A DNA stretch of 64,000 nucleotides from Pirellulales bacterium (lineage in GTDB: Bacteria; Planctomycetota; Planctomycetia; Pirellulales; JALHPA01): contig JBGSSS010000213.1 in assembly GCA_041736895.1 (NCBI GenBank), positions 25,534 through 89,533 on the forward strand, in the 5' to 3' direction. The translations under genes and the position numbers were made by a program. A model generated the notes under the pieces. That model did no database searches and had not been told where the DNA came from. It saw only the letters and a program-made list of their open reading frames with translations. Positions 26,280-35,681 of this stretch are shown one piece after another. Positions within the stretch are counted from its first letter, which is position 1; each line of letters begins with the position of its first letter.

Positions 26280-26774
26280 ATGTGGCAACTGCAACAACTT
26301 CAAAAACCGAATCGTGTTCATCAATTCTGGCCCCTCGCCGGCGAAGTCGATCGCTTCTTCGATCGTGTTTTCAATGCCGGGGCGGAAGCCACGGGCTGGG
26401 CTGCTCCGTTGGATCTCACCGAGAACGAGCAAGCGATCATGGTGCGGCTAGAAATCCCCGGCGTGCGCTCCGAAGATCTCGATATCCAAGTCGATCAGAA
26501 GAAGCTCACGATCAGCGGCGCGAAGCACGATCCCTACGCACCAGTTCAGCAAACTCCGAGTGCCGAAGGCGAAGCCCAAGCAGCTGTGGAAACTCCGGCC
26601 ATCAAATACCATCACCGCGAGACACGCTATGGCACATTCAGCCGCAGCGTGACGCTCCCTGATGGAAATTACACCGACGCGATCAAGGCCGACTACAGCA
26701 ACGGCGTCCTGGTCGTCACGCTCCCCAAAATTCCGGTCGAACCGGTCAAGAAGATTCAGGTCAACGCGAGCTAA
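26280..26774 (+). CDS. Hsp20/alpha-crystallin small heat-shock protein
   Basis: ACD pattern PLDLTENEQAIMVRLEIPGV...FSRSVTLP...YSNGVLVVTLPK. Confidence 0.9.
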   Translation: MWQLQQLQKPNRVHQFWPLAGEVDRFFDRVFNAGAEATGWAAPLDLTENEQAIMVRLEIPGVRSEDLDIQVDQKKLTISGAKHDPYAPVQQTPSAEGEAQAAVETPAIKYHHRETRYGTFSRSVTLPDGNYTDAIKADYSNGVLVVTLPKIPVEPVKKIQVNAS

Positions 26775-26801
26775 AACCCTGAGCGTTGCTTGTATCCTGC
26801 A

Positions 26802-26848
26802 AAACGCCAACGCCCGCGAGGAAGCTCGCGGGCGTTGGCGTTTATTTG
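26802..26848 (+). terminator. intrinsic terminator of hsp20
   Basis: AAACGCCAACGCCCGCGAG-gaag-CTCGCGGGCGTTGGCGTTT followed by a T-rich tract. Confidence 0.8.
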
Positions 26849-26862
26849 AATGCAAAAGTGAA

Positions 26863-26926
26863 AAGTCAAAATGCAAAAGTTAATGCGTAAGAAATGCATT
26901 TTCCTTTTGCATTTTGCATTTGACTT
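26863..26926 (-). terminator. hairpin abutting the glutathione peroxidase stop
   Basis: AAGTCAAAATGCAAAAG ... CTTTTGCATTTTGCATTTGACTT imperfect inverted repeat. Confidence 0.55.
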
Positions 26927-27497
26927 ACTTCTTCTCGAGTTCGCTCTCGATTGCCTTGACGACTTCGTCGGTGTCAGGTTCGACGCCTGGTTCGTAGCGG
27001 GCGACGATTTCGCCGTTGCGGCCGACGAGGAATTTGGTGAAGTTCCACTTGATCTCGCCGCCTTTGGTGGTCAGCGACTTGTAGAGGTCGACCTTGTCGG
27101 CCCCTTTGACTGTTGTGACCTTGGCGAGCATCGGGAAGCTGACGTCGTACTTCTTGGTGCAGAACTCGGCGATTTCGGCATCGGTGCCAGGTTCTTGCTT
27201 ACCGAAATCGTTCGCTGGAACACCAATCACGACGAGCCCCTTGTCCTTGTATTTGTCGTAGATCGCTTCGAGTCCTTTGTATTGCGGCGTCTTGCCGCAC
27301 TTGCTGGCGACGTTGACGAAGAGGACAACCTTGCCCTTGTAGGTCGCGAGATCGACTTCTTTGCCGTCAAGTCCAGGCATCTTGTAGGTCAATGGTCCAG
27401 GCACCGCATCTCCTTTTTTAGCGTCTTCCGCAAAACCGATCGAGGCCACACAACTGAGGGCGACTAGCGCCGCCACACCAAGCAACTTGTTCATCAT
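26925..27497 (-). CDS. glutathione peroxidase, secreted form
   Basis: VLFVNVASKCGKTPQY, WNFTKFLV motifs; signal peptide; the ORF-track extension to 27872 overlaps the next gene and a REP. Confidence 0.9.
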   Translation of the reverse strand: MMNKLLGVAALVALSCVASIGFAEDAKKGDAVPGPLTYKMPGLDGKEVDLATYKGKVVLFVNVASKCGKTPQYKGLEAIYDKYKDKGLVVIGVPANDFGKQEPGTDAEIAEFCTKKYDVSFPMLAKVTTVKGADKVDLYKSLTTKGGEIKWNFTKFLVGRNGEIVARYEPGVEPDTDEVVKAIESELEKK

Positions 27498-27553
27498 TAC
27501 GCTCCAGGAAAGATCAAAAAATGCCCCTGTGAAAAAGCTTTTCCATTGCAATC

Positions 27554-27602
27554 GTTCTCCTGCCGATGGGCGTACCATCAGCAGGCTTGGGTTGGCGCTG
27601 AA
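27554..27602 (-). repeat. REP family G copy
   Basis: rc: TTCAGCGCCAACCCAAGCC-TGCTGATGG-tacgc-CCATCGGCA-GGAGAAC. Confidence 0.85.
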
Positions 27603-27646
27603 ATATGTCTCGCAAAATATCGAGGGGAAGCATGTTGAGACATTCA

Positions 27647-28828
27647 TTACTCTGACTGCGGCTTGTTCAGCGCCGCGGCCGCTTCGTCTTGAAACGACTT
27701 CCGCAAGGCTGAACCGTCGGAATTGCCAAGGTTTGTGCGCTGGATCATCAGCAGATAAATGCGGTTGTTCGTCGGATCGATCCAGGCTTGCGTCCCGTGC
27801 GCGCCGCCGTGGCCGAAGCTGCCCGCCGCGAGCGCCGCGGTCGTGCCCTGAGGTTCGCGGACGACGCAGCAACCAACGCCCCAGCCATTGCCGGGCGTGA
27901 AGCCCGTCTTGATATCGCCAGTGTGAATCGTGCGAAAAGCCCGCACGGTTTCGGCTTTGAGAAGCCGCTTCCCGTTGTATTCACCATCGCTGAGCAGCAT
28001 CTGACAGAACTTTAGGTAATCGCCGGCGGTGGAAAACAGCCCGCCGTTGGCGGCGGGAAAGCGTTCGCGGTCCGTCGCCGCGCGGCCGTTGAGAATTTGG
28101 ATTACGCCAACTTCAAGCTTCCCCTCAGGCGTGCGCTTGTAGGTTTTCGAGAGGCGTTTGTTTTGGTCTTCGCTGAGATAAAACGTCGTGTCGGTCATGC
28201 CCAGCGGTTGAAACAGATGCTTCTCCAAAAACTCCGGAAACTTTTCGCCACTGACAACTTCGACGATCCGCGCCGCCGTGTTGATGCCCGATTGGCAGTA
28301 GACCCATTGGCTGCCGGGAGCGAACTTGACCGGCTGCGCGACGTAGAGCGGAATCACGTCGGCCAGTGTCTTCGCCCCCTTGGCTTGCTCGGGCGTAATT
28401 TCTGCTAGACTCGAGGTGTGCGTCAATAATTGCTTCACGGTAACAGCGACGTGCTCGCCGTCTTTGTTCTTCAGGTTCTTGAACTCGGGCAGGTATTTTT
28501 CCACAGGGTCGTCGAGCACGACCTTGCCTTGTTCGACCATCATCATCATAGCGACGCCGGTGACCGGCTTGCTCATCGAGGCGATCCAGAAAAGCGTATC
28601 GTCGGCGAGCGGCTGCTTGTTTTCGATATCGGCAAAACCCTGCATATCCTTGTGCAGGATGCGGTCCTTGTCGGCGACGATCGTGATCGCCCCGGCGAGT
28701 TCTTGCTTGGCGATCGCTTCGCGGATGAGCGAGGCGACTTTTGGAACGGGCACCGGCTCGCGCGCTGCGGCACTAAATGAAAGTACGACAAGAACGATCA
28801 AGCATATATACGCGTGAGCTTTACCCAT
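27647..28828 (-). CDS. beta-lactamase-related serine hydrolase
   Basis: SMSKPVT (S-x-x-K) motif, signal peptide from ATG 28828. Confidence 0.85.
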   Translation of the reverse strand: MGKAHAYICLIVLVVLSFSAAAREPVPVPKVASLIREAIAKQELAGAITIVADKDRILHKDMQGFADIENKQPLADDTLFWIASMSKPVTGVAMMMMVEQGKVVLDDPVEKYLPEFKNLKNKDGEHVAVTVKQLLTHTSSLAEITPEQAKGAKTLADVIPLYVAQPVKFAPGSQWVYCQSGINTAARIVEVVSGEKFPEFLEKHLFQPLGMTDTTFYLSEDQNKRLSKTYKRTPEGKLEVGVIQILNGRAATDRERFPAANGGLFSTAGDYLKFCQMLLSDGEYNGKRLLKAETVRAFRTIHTGDIKTGFTPGNGWGVGCCVVREPQGTTAALAAGSFGHGGAHGTQAWIDPTNNRIYLLMIQRTNLGNSDGSALRKSFQDEAAAALNKPQSE

Positions 28829-28958
28829 GAGGGAGCACCAGAAAAAGCAGAGTACGCAGGTAGGCATAAAATTGGCAGGCGAGTGCATTATAAAGCAATC
28901 AGCCAGCCAATCCAGGAAGAGAGGCTAAATAATTTCAGCTTAGGAAAGCGTCTTGTGC

Positions 28959-29972
28959 TTAAGGATTGGCAATAGTTTCGCGCCCTGCCATCGTGGCAAA
29001 GGCACCAAGCACCGTCAATTCGGTGTCCATAGAGACCGAGTGAGTCGAACCGTCAGCATAGGCATATTGGACTGTGTTACCGCCTCCGTGCAAGCTCGTT
29101 AGCGTACGTTTGCAAGGGGACCAAGCATCGCTGTATTGCTTGAAACAGGCCTCATAGTCCGGACTCAACGTCAATTGATTCGTATCCATCGTGATCGAGC
29201 CCATATTCTGCGCAAAATAACTCTTGGCCCAAAATACAGTTCGATTGCGCTGCGTGTGCGCCGAGTATTCTCCGACGATCATGGTCTTTGAAGTACCATC
29301 AATGACATGACGAATCTTTGCCGGTTTCAGCTTGCTGATCTCGGCATGGGACCAGCCCACGGCCGGAGTGATCGTGAGGATGCCGCGATCGGTGATCTTC
29401 ATGTTGGAATCGATTTTTACTTTATTGCTGTCGAAGAAATATTCGGTTCCTGACTTTGAGGGGCCATTATAGGACTTTCCAGTGACAGCGCGATACGATC
29501 CTGTGGCCCATTCCCCGTAACCCTGCTCTGGCTCAGGAATTTCCAGTTTTCCCGCATTGTCATCCGACGGACAGGTCATCACCTTGAGGATTGTTGACAC
29601 CACGGGCCGATTGGCAACATCGACATTCGGTTTCTTGAAGTTATACCTTTTGTAGAGATTTGGCTCTTCGAGATACGGCAGCAACTCGATCGTCCAGCAA
29701 TGCAGGTTATTGGTCGAGCCGGTGCCGTTGACAACTTTGCCTAGCGGAAATCGTTTCTGGCCTTCGTTGAAGTTCTGACAAGCCAGCCCAATTTGCTTGA
29801 GATTGTTCAAGCATTCATTGCGCCGCGCCGCTTCGCGGGCGGATTGAATTGCCGGCAGGAGCAAGGCGATCAAGATGCCAATAATAGCGATCACGACCAA
29901 CAGCTCGACGAGCGTGAAACCAGTGATCGAACGGCGACGCGCGCGCATCGGTAGAGGATTAACAAGCAGCAT
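28959..29972 (-). CDS. DUF1559 protein with prepilin-type N-terminal cleavage/methylation domain
   Basis: [47 protein letters not shown], the planctomycete-expanded family; C-terminal H...DG motif; lower GC. Confidence 0.9.
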   Translation of the reverse strand: MLLVNPLPMRARRRSITGFTLVELLVVIAIIGILIALLLPAIQSAREAARRNECLNNLKQIGLACQNFNEGQKRFPLGKVVNGTGSTNNLHCWTIELLPYLEEPNLYKRYNFKKPNVDVANRPVVSTILKVMTCPSDDNAGKLEIPEPEQGYGEWATGSYRAVTGKSYNGPSKSGTEYFFDSNKVKIDSNMKITDRGILTITPAVGWSHAEISKLKPAKIRHVIDGTSKTMIVGEYSAHTQRNRTVFWAKSYFAQNMGSITMDTNQLTLSPDYEACFKQYSDAWSPCKRTLTSLHGGGNTVQYAYADGSTHSVSMDTELTVLGAFATMAGRETIANP

Positions 29973-30206
29973 CGAAAAATTCCCACAGAAGTTTTTATGT
30001 CATGATCCCCCCTTGGATCACGACTTGGATCAATCTTTCATTATCATATTCGGTTTTCCTGAAAAATTCCAAGAGTTTTTTGGGAACGCCGCACATTTCC
30101 GACGTGAAACCGGTTGCAATTGAAGAGGGAATCCTGCCAAATGCTGAAAGCCGTAATGGCGGTGCCATTTTTGTTTCCACCCTTTGCCCAACCGAGAGCC
30201 GTCTTT

Positions 30207-31106
30207 ATGAGACAAAATTTCCCCAGCGCTGCCCGATTTTTGGCCGTTGCATTTCTATTGCTTTGCACAATTACAATCCGCGCCGAAGAGCCGCGGGTTA
30301 TTTTACTCTGGCCCAACGGAACACCGGGGGCCAAAGGAACGGCACCGACGGATCAGCCGCGCGTCACCGTGTTCCCCGCGTCGGCTGATAAATCGGTCAA
30401 GGCCGCTGTCGTGATCTGCCCCGGCGGCGGTTATGGCACGTTGGCCAGCGGCCACGAGGGCCGCGACATCGCCGCCTGGTTCAATGAACGCGGCATCACG
30501 GCGCTGATGCTCGAATATCGTCTCGGCAGCCGCGGCTACCAGCACCCTGCTCCGCTGCTCGATGCCCAGCGCGCACTTCGCTACGCACGCAGCCAAGCCG
30601 AGACGCTCGGCTACGCCGCGAACAAGGTGGGGCTCATCGGGTTCTCGGCCGGCGGGCACTTAGCTTCGACCGCCGGGACGCACTTCGATGACGGCGACAA
30701 AGACGCCGCCGATCCCATCGACAAGTTCAGTTGCCGCCCCGATTTTCTGATGCTCGGATATCCAGTCATCACGATGGGCGAACAAACGCACGGCGGATCG
30801 AAGCGGAATCTGCTTGGAGAGAAGCCAGACCCGCAGTTAGTCGAACTTCTCAGCAATGAAAAACAAGTCACCGCGCAAACGCCGCCGACGTTCCTATTTC
30901 ACACCAGCGAAGACACGGTTGTCTTGCCCGAGAACAGCGTGCTGTTTTATCTTGCCCTGCGCAAGAACAAAGTTCCGGCCGAACTGCACATTTATGAAAA
31001 AGGCAAACATGGCGTGGGACTTGCTCGGCAAGACCCGGTTCTGAGCAGTTGGTCCGGTCGCTTGGAAGATTGGCTCCGTTTACGCGAGATTTTGCCGAAA
31101 AAGTAG
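30207..31106 (+). CDS. secreted alpha/beta hydrolase (esterase/lipase fold-3 type)
   Basis: Signal peptide from ATG 30207; VICPGGGY and GFSAGGHL (GxSxG) motifs. Confidence 0.85.
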   Translation: MRQNFPSAARFLAVAFLLLCTITIRAEEPRVILLWPNGTPGAKGTAPTDQPRVTVFPASADKSVKAAVVICPGGGYGTLASGHEGRDIAAWFNERGITALMLEYRLGSRGYQHPAPLLDAQRALRYARSQAETLGYAANKVGLIGFSAGGHLASTAGTHFDDGDKDAADPIDKFSCRPDFLMLGYPVITMGEQTHGGSKRNLLGEKPDPQLVELLSNEKQVTAQTPPTFLFHTSEDTVVLPENSVLFYLALRKNKVPAELHIYEKGKHGVGLARQDPVLSSWSGRLEDWLRLREILPKK

Positions 31107-31239
31107 CGGGGATTCCAATCCCCGCGTCAATAACGACTCGCGCCCAGCACGATGACTCTCCCAATTCATGAGGAAAGCGCTAAGATTAAGAAGGTTCGTT
31201 TGTCTTGCGCTCAATCATGAGTTATCAGAGGAATATCGG

Positions 31240-32160
31240 ATGAAAGCCGTCGTTACCGGGGCAACTGGATTCGTCGGACCCTACCTGCTCAAGCATCTCG
31301 ACAATGCCACGGTGCTGACCCGCGATCCCGCACGTGCGGCTAAAAAACTTCCGCCGAGCGTTCACGCCGCAGGGTGGAATTTGATGGAGAATCCCGCGCC
31401 CTCTTCTGCGTTGAACGGGGCCGATGTGGTGTTTCATTTGGCGGGCGAACCGGTCGCCGAAGGACGTTGGAGCAAGGCCAAGAAAACAGCGATCCGCGAA
31501 AGCCGGGTCGTGGGCACGCGAAATTTGGTCGCTGGGCTTGAAGCCTGCACGCAGCGGCCTAAAGTCCTGGTGTCAACTTCTGCCGTGGGCTATTACGGCG
31601 ATCGCGGCGACCAAGTTTTGACCGAGGCGTCCGCGCCGGCGGACGATTTTTTGGCCGAGGTTTGCGTCGCCTGGGAACGCGAAGCCATGAAGGCCGAGCA
31701 GCTCGGCATTCGTGTCGTCACGATTCGCACCGGCATCGTACTCGGCAAAGAAGGGGCCTTGGCCAAGATGATGTTCCCGTTCAAAATGGGCGTCGGCGGG
31801 CCGTTGGGGAGCGGCAAGAACTGGATGCCGTGGATTCACGTTGCCGATCTCGCGTCGCTCTACATGCACGCCGCGACCAACGATTCGGTGCGCGGCCCGA
31901 TGAACGGCACCGCGCCGAATCCCGTGATCAATCGTGATTTCACCAAGGCGTTTGCCGCGGCGCTCCATCGCCCGGCCTTCTTGCCGATTCCGTATTTTGG
32001 ATTGCGCGTGCTCTTCGGCGAGTTCGCGAAGATTCTCTTCGCAAGTCAGCGTGTTATGCCCACAGTCGCCGAACGCACGGGTTTCAAGTTTCAATACCCC
32101 GACATCGGCCCGGCGCTAGAGCAGATTATTCGCGGAGATGCAAAAGCGAAAGCGGCGTGA
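31240..32160 (+). CDS. TIGR01777/YfcH-type NAD-dependent epimerase family protein (with DUF1731)
   Basis: MKAVVTGATGFVG Rossmann start at ATG 31240; C-terminal GFKFQYPDIGPAL typical of DUF1731. Confidence 0.85.
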   Translation: MKAVVTGATGFVGPYLLKHLDNATVLTRDPARAAKKLPPSVHAAGWNLMENPAPSSALNGADVVFHLAGEPVAEGRWSKAKKTAIRESRVVGTRNLVAGLEACTQRPKVLVSTSAVGYYGDRGDQVLTEASAPADDFLAEVCVAWEREAMKAEQLGIRVVTIRTGIVLGKEGALAKMMFPFKMGVGGPLGSGKNWMPWIHVADLASLYMHAATNDSVRGPMNGTAPNPVINRDFTKAFAAALHRPAFLPIPYFGLRVLFGEFAKILFASQRVMPTVAERTGFKFQYPDIGPALEQIIRGDAKAKAA

Positions 32161-32164
32161 TTTT

Positions 32165-32190
32165 TGTAGCCCGTAGCGTTAGCAAGGGCG
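32165..32190 (+). repeat. REP family A copy
   Basis: TGTAGCCCGTAGCGTTAGCAAGGGCG, 5 nt after the stop at 32160. Confidence 0.8.
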
Positions 32191-32244
32191 ACAAAAATGC
32201 ATCGCTCTAAGCAAAGGCGCTCCGCTTCTTGGACGCTCGATTCT

Positions 32245-32268
32245 CCAGGGGACTGAGCCCCTGGGCTT
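32245..32268. repeat. hairpin family E
   Basis: CCAGGGG-actgag-CCCCTGGGCTT. Confidence 0.7.
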
Positions 32269-32310
32269 AGGATGATCTCAGCGTACAATCCCGAATTGCT
32301 TGTTTCACTC

Positions 32311-32838
32311 ATGTCCAAAACCTATCACCTGCATCGCAAGCAAATCATTCGCCGGCCGTTGGACGAAGTCTTTTCTTTTTTCAGCGACGCGGGCAACCTG
32401 CAGGAAATCACGCCCCCGTTTTTGAACTTTGGCTTTGTGACGAAATTGCCGATCGAGATGAAAGCCGGCGCAGTGATCGATTACCGGTTGTCACTCTGCA
32501 AGGTTCCCATCAATTGGCGGACGGTGATCAAGTCGTATGACCCGCCCGAGTCGTTCATCGACACTCAGGTCCGCGGCCCATACAAGCTCTGGCATCACAC
32601 GCATACCTTTCGCGAAGTCACGCTCGACGACGGCACGACGGCGGTCGAGATGCACGACGACCTCGATTATCAGATCGCGTTCGGCCCGCTGGGTCGCTTC
32701 GCGCATTGGCTCTTCGTGAGCCGCATGCTCGACAAGATTTTCGATTACCGCTACCAGCGGATCGATGAGTTGCTGCCCAGTAGTGTGGGCTTCAGCCCAC
32801 ACGTCAAAGAGGTAGCTACTTCACCGGCAACTTCTTGA
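32311..32838 (+). CDS. SRPBCC (cyclase/dehydrase-like) family protein
   Basis: 175 aa, commonly found next to YfcH-type genes; 3' end runs through a repeat hairpin and overlaps the convergent sulfatase. Confidence 0.72.
   Translation: MSKTYHLHRKQIIRRPLDEVFSFFSDAGNLQEITPPFLNFGFVTKLPIEMKAGAVIDYRLSLCKVPINWRTVIKSYDPPESFIDTQVRGPYKLWHHTHTFREVTLDDGTTAVEMHDDLDYQIAFGPLGRFAHWLFVSRMLDKIFDYRYQRIDELLPSSVGFSPHVKEVATSPATS
32783..32802. repeat. hairpin family D, second copy
   Basis: GTGTGGGC-ttca-GCCCACAC, inside the annotated 3' end of the SRPBCC gene. Confidence 0.75.
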
Positions 32839-34726
32839 CCGTGACAAAGAATGCCCCGCAGAGATTGGCGTCGTCTTTGTCCGTGAACCAGGCTTTCATT
32901 TCAATGACGCCTTCGCTAATTGTGATCTTCATGGTCACATGATCTTGTTGCGGATCGGCTTTTTTCGAGATGGCAACCGTTGAAGTTGCCATAGGCTTTA
33001 ACTCGGCCACACTATATTCCTTGAATTCCAGCTTGGCCTGAGCAATCGTCGGAAACCCCTTCGTCACGAGCTTCGCCTTGTTCCCCGGCGATTTCTCATG
33101 CGGTTCATACTTGTCGCCAAGCGCCACACCGCTGATCGCGGGCCAGCGCCGCAGCGTGAATTCGTATTCACCGGGCGTTTCGACCTTGATGTGCCACGTT
33201 CCGCCCGTCGGGCCGCCGACGGCTTCGCGGACGAAGCCCGAGTTGTCGGCGTAGATCCCTTCCCATTCGCCGCTGGTAAGTTCGACGACCGGTTGCTCTT
33301 TGGAGCCGATGCTTTGCGGGACGAAGTCGTTGAGGTCTTTCTCGGATTCGTTCCACCAGGCTTCGTAAGCAGAACGCATATCGGCAACCATTTCCGGTTC
33401 CGCTTTCGCCAGATCATTCTTCTGCGCGCGGTCTTTCGAGATGTCATACAACTCCGTCCCGTTGACTAACCGCCACTTGCCCTCGATGACGCAGGCCTGG
33501 TATTTTACCGGCGTCTGGCCGTATTGCACGAACATGTCCCGGCGTTCGATTTTGTCCGTTTTGCCGCGCAGAATCGGTTCCAGACTCCAATACGCGGCGT
33601 GTTGTTCCAGGAACTTCTCTTGAATCTTGGGCCGTTGCATCTGGCATAAATCGCAGAGCGTTGGAAACAGGTCCATGACCTGCGTCGGCTCGTCGATGTC
33701 GCGCGGCTTGCCGAGTTTCCCCGCCGGCCAGCGAATCCAGCACGGCACGCGATGCCCGCCGTCGTAGTACGTTGTCTTGCCGGCACGCAAGCCGGCGTTG
33801 TGTGTGGCGACGCCCGCGGTTCCGCCGTTGTCGGTCAGGAAGATGACGATCGTATTGTCGCGGAGGCCCTGCGCCGTGAGAAACTTGTCGAGATCGCCGA
33901 AGCGTTTGTCGAGGTGCGCGATCATACCGAAAAACTTTGCCGCGGAGTGTTCTTTGTATGGCTCGATATACTCTGCCAGATCGATGTGCGGCGCATGCGG
34001 CGCGTTCGTCGGCAGGTAACAGAAGAACGGCTGCTGCTTTTCCTTTTGTGCCTTCATCCACTCCATCGCCGAGTCGAACCAGAAGTCCGTGCAGTGCCCC
34101 CGGTAGTTCTTCTCGACACCGTTGTGAAAGTAGCGGCCATCGATCAGAGGCCGGTCAAATTCGACGGCGCTTTGCAACTGGCCCCAGCCGAGGTGATACA
34201 CCGCTTCCTGAAATCCGCGGTCCATCGGGCGATGAGGGTAATTGTCGCCGAGGTGCCACTTGCCGAAGATGCCTGTCGCGTAACCGTTTGCCCCGAGATG
34301 CTCCGGCAACGTCATGATGCCGGGCCGCAAAAATGTCCGCCCCGCGGTAACACTCGTAGCGCCATTGCGCAGCGCAGAAAGACCCGTCATCAGTTGCCCG
34401 CGCGTTGGCGTGCACATCGGTGCGACATGAAAGTCCGTGAGCCGAACAGATTCGCTCGCGAAGGCGTCCATGTTCGGTGTCTTGAGGACCGGATTGCCGG
34501 TGAAGGAAAAATCGCCGAGGCCCTGGTCGTCGGTCATGACGATGAGGACGTTGGGACGAGTTGTATTGTCGGCAGCGTGAAGCGATCCTGCACATGCAAG
34601 GCAAAGCATCAACGTCAGGAGAGACGCAATTCCAAGGAAAATCCATTTGGTCCCCTCCCCCTCGCGGGGAGGGTTAGGGAGGGGGGCTAGAGTTGACGTT
34701 GACTGAAAATATTCTGTCAGTTCCAT
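32816..34726 (-). CDS. arylsulfatase (formylglycine-dependent) with C-terminal beta-rich domain
   Basis: MTDDQG, CTPTRGQLMTG (C-x-P-x-R), DNGG motifs; 5' end overlaps a repeat copy so the start is somewhat uncertain. Confidence 0.88.
   Translation of the reverse strand: MELTEYFQSTSTLAPLPNPPREGEGTKWIFLGIASLLTLMLCLACAGSLHAADNTTRPNVLIVMTDDQGLGDFSFTGNPVLKTPNMDAFASESVRLTDFHVAPMCTPTRGQLMTGLSALRNGATSVTAGRTFLRPGIMTLPEHLGANGYATGIFGKWHLGDNYPHRPMDRGFQEAVYHLGWGQLQSAVEFDRPLIDGRYFHNGVEKNYRGHCTDFWFDSAMEWMKAQKEKQQPFFCYLPTNAPHAPHIDLAEYIEPYKEHSAAKFFGMIAHLDKRFGDLDKFLTAQGLRDNTIVIFLTDNGGTAGVATHNAGLRAGKTTYYDGGHRVPCWIRWPAGKLGKPRDIDEPTQVMDLFPTLCDLCQMQRPKIQEKFLEQHAAYWSLEPILRGKTDKIERRDMFVQYGQTPVKYQACVIEGKWRLVNGTELYDISKDRAQKNDLAKAEPEMVADMRSAYEAWWNESEKDLNDFVPQSIGSKEQPVVELTSGEWEGIYADNSGFVREAVGGPTGGTWHIKVETPGEYEFTLRRWPAISGVALGDKYEPHEKSPGNKAKLVTKGFPTIAQAKLEFKEYSVAELKPMATSTVAISKKADPQQDHVTMKITISEGVIEMKAWFTDKDDANLCGAFFVTVKKLPVK
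34649..34687 (-). repeat. family L, degenerate inverted copy inside the 5' end of the sulfatase 2 ORF
   Basis: rc reads GCCCCCCTCCCTAACCCTCCCCGCGAGGGGGAGGGGACC. Confidence 0.7.
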
Positions 34727-34769
34727 CGATGTGTTCCTAAGAGACGAACAACTTGGAAATCTCTAGCGA

Positions 34770-34810
34770 GAACCCCCTCCCCAGCCCTCCCCGCAAGGGG
34801 GAGGGAGCCA
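34770..34810 (+). repeat. C-rich element family L (upstream of sulfatase 2)
   Basis: GAACCCCCTCCCCAGCCCTCCCCGCAAGGGGGAGGGAGCCA, 1 mismatch in 41 nt versus 12804-12844. Confidence 0.85.
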
Positions 34811-34842
34811 GACGGGATTTTGGGTGAGCGATGGCTGTCTTG

Positions 34843-35643
34843 CTAAATATGATTGTCAATGATCTTCAAGATTTGTTCGTGCAGCAATCCATTCGTCGCC
34901 ACGGCGTCATTCGTATGGATGCTCGGCGCGCCGCGCCAATCGCTGTATCGCCCGCCGGCTTCGTTGATAATCGGTTGCACCGCGGCCGCGTCCCAAACAT
35001 TCAGCATCGGGTCGATCATCACGTCGGCGCGCCCCGTCGCGACAAGCATGTAGCCGTAGCAGTCACCCCAGGTACGCGTCAGCCGCACGGCGTTTTCGAC
35101 GTTTTGATAAACGTCGGGCCGGCCTTTTTTCGCGAACGTTTTCACTTCGCTCGTCAGGAAGCACGCCTCTTTCAATTCGCTCGTCGTCGAGACACGGCAG
35201 CGCGACGCCGGTTCGTCGCCGTGAACGTACCAGGCTCCTTCGCCAACGGCGGCAAAAATATTTTCACCGAGCGCGGGGAAGTTCAATACGCCGATGATCC
35301 CCTGCCCTCCCTGTTCGACGGCGACCATGTTGCCATAAAGAGGCACGCCGTGGATGAACGATTTCGTCCCGTCGATCGGATCAAGAATCCAGCAATAGCC
35401 GCTCGTGCCGGGCTTCTCCGGAAACTCTTCGCCGAGGATCGCGTCGCCGGGATATTCGGCCGCGATGAGATCGCGCAGGAGTAATTCCGCTTCGCGGTCC
35501 GCGACCGTGACGGGCGAGGCATCGTGCTTACGCTCGACCTTGACGTCGCGGCGCTGAAAATAACGAAGCGTCAGCTCGCCCGCCTCCTTAGCGATGCGGC
35601 GGGCGAATTCAAGACGCGGAGAAAATTTTGCGGGAGTCGTCAT
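34843..35643 (-). CDS. inositol monophosphatase family protein, probable histidinol-phosphatase (HisN-like)
   Basis: LDPIDGTKSF and WDAAAVQPIINEAGG motifs; WGDCYGYMLVATG segment resembles HisN. Confidence 0.85.
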   Translation of the reverse strand: MTTPAKFSPRLEFARRIAKEAGELTLRYFQRRDVKVERKHDASPVTVADREAELLLRDLIAAEYPGDAILGEEFPEKPGTSGYCWILDPIDGTKSFIHGVPLYGNMVAVEQGGQGIIGVLNFPALGENIFAAVGEGAWYVHGDEPASRCRVSTTSELKEACFLTSEVKTFAKKGRPDVYQNVENAVRLTRTWGDCYGYMLVATGRADVMIDPMLNVWDAAAVQPIINEAGGRYSDWRGAPSIHTNDAVATNGLLHEQILKIIDNHI

Positions 35644-35681
35644 GCTCCCAGACTAACGATGTAGCTACGAATCGCCAAGTC

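Noticed and set aside
28873-28887. Additional sigma-54-like motifs: TGGCAGGCGAGTGCA (28873-28887) and TGGCAAGAAAGGATGCA (55132-55148).
   Set aside because: The GG-to-GC spacing is off by one in both. The first has no downstream gene on its strand. Only the two perfectly spaced sites are reported.
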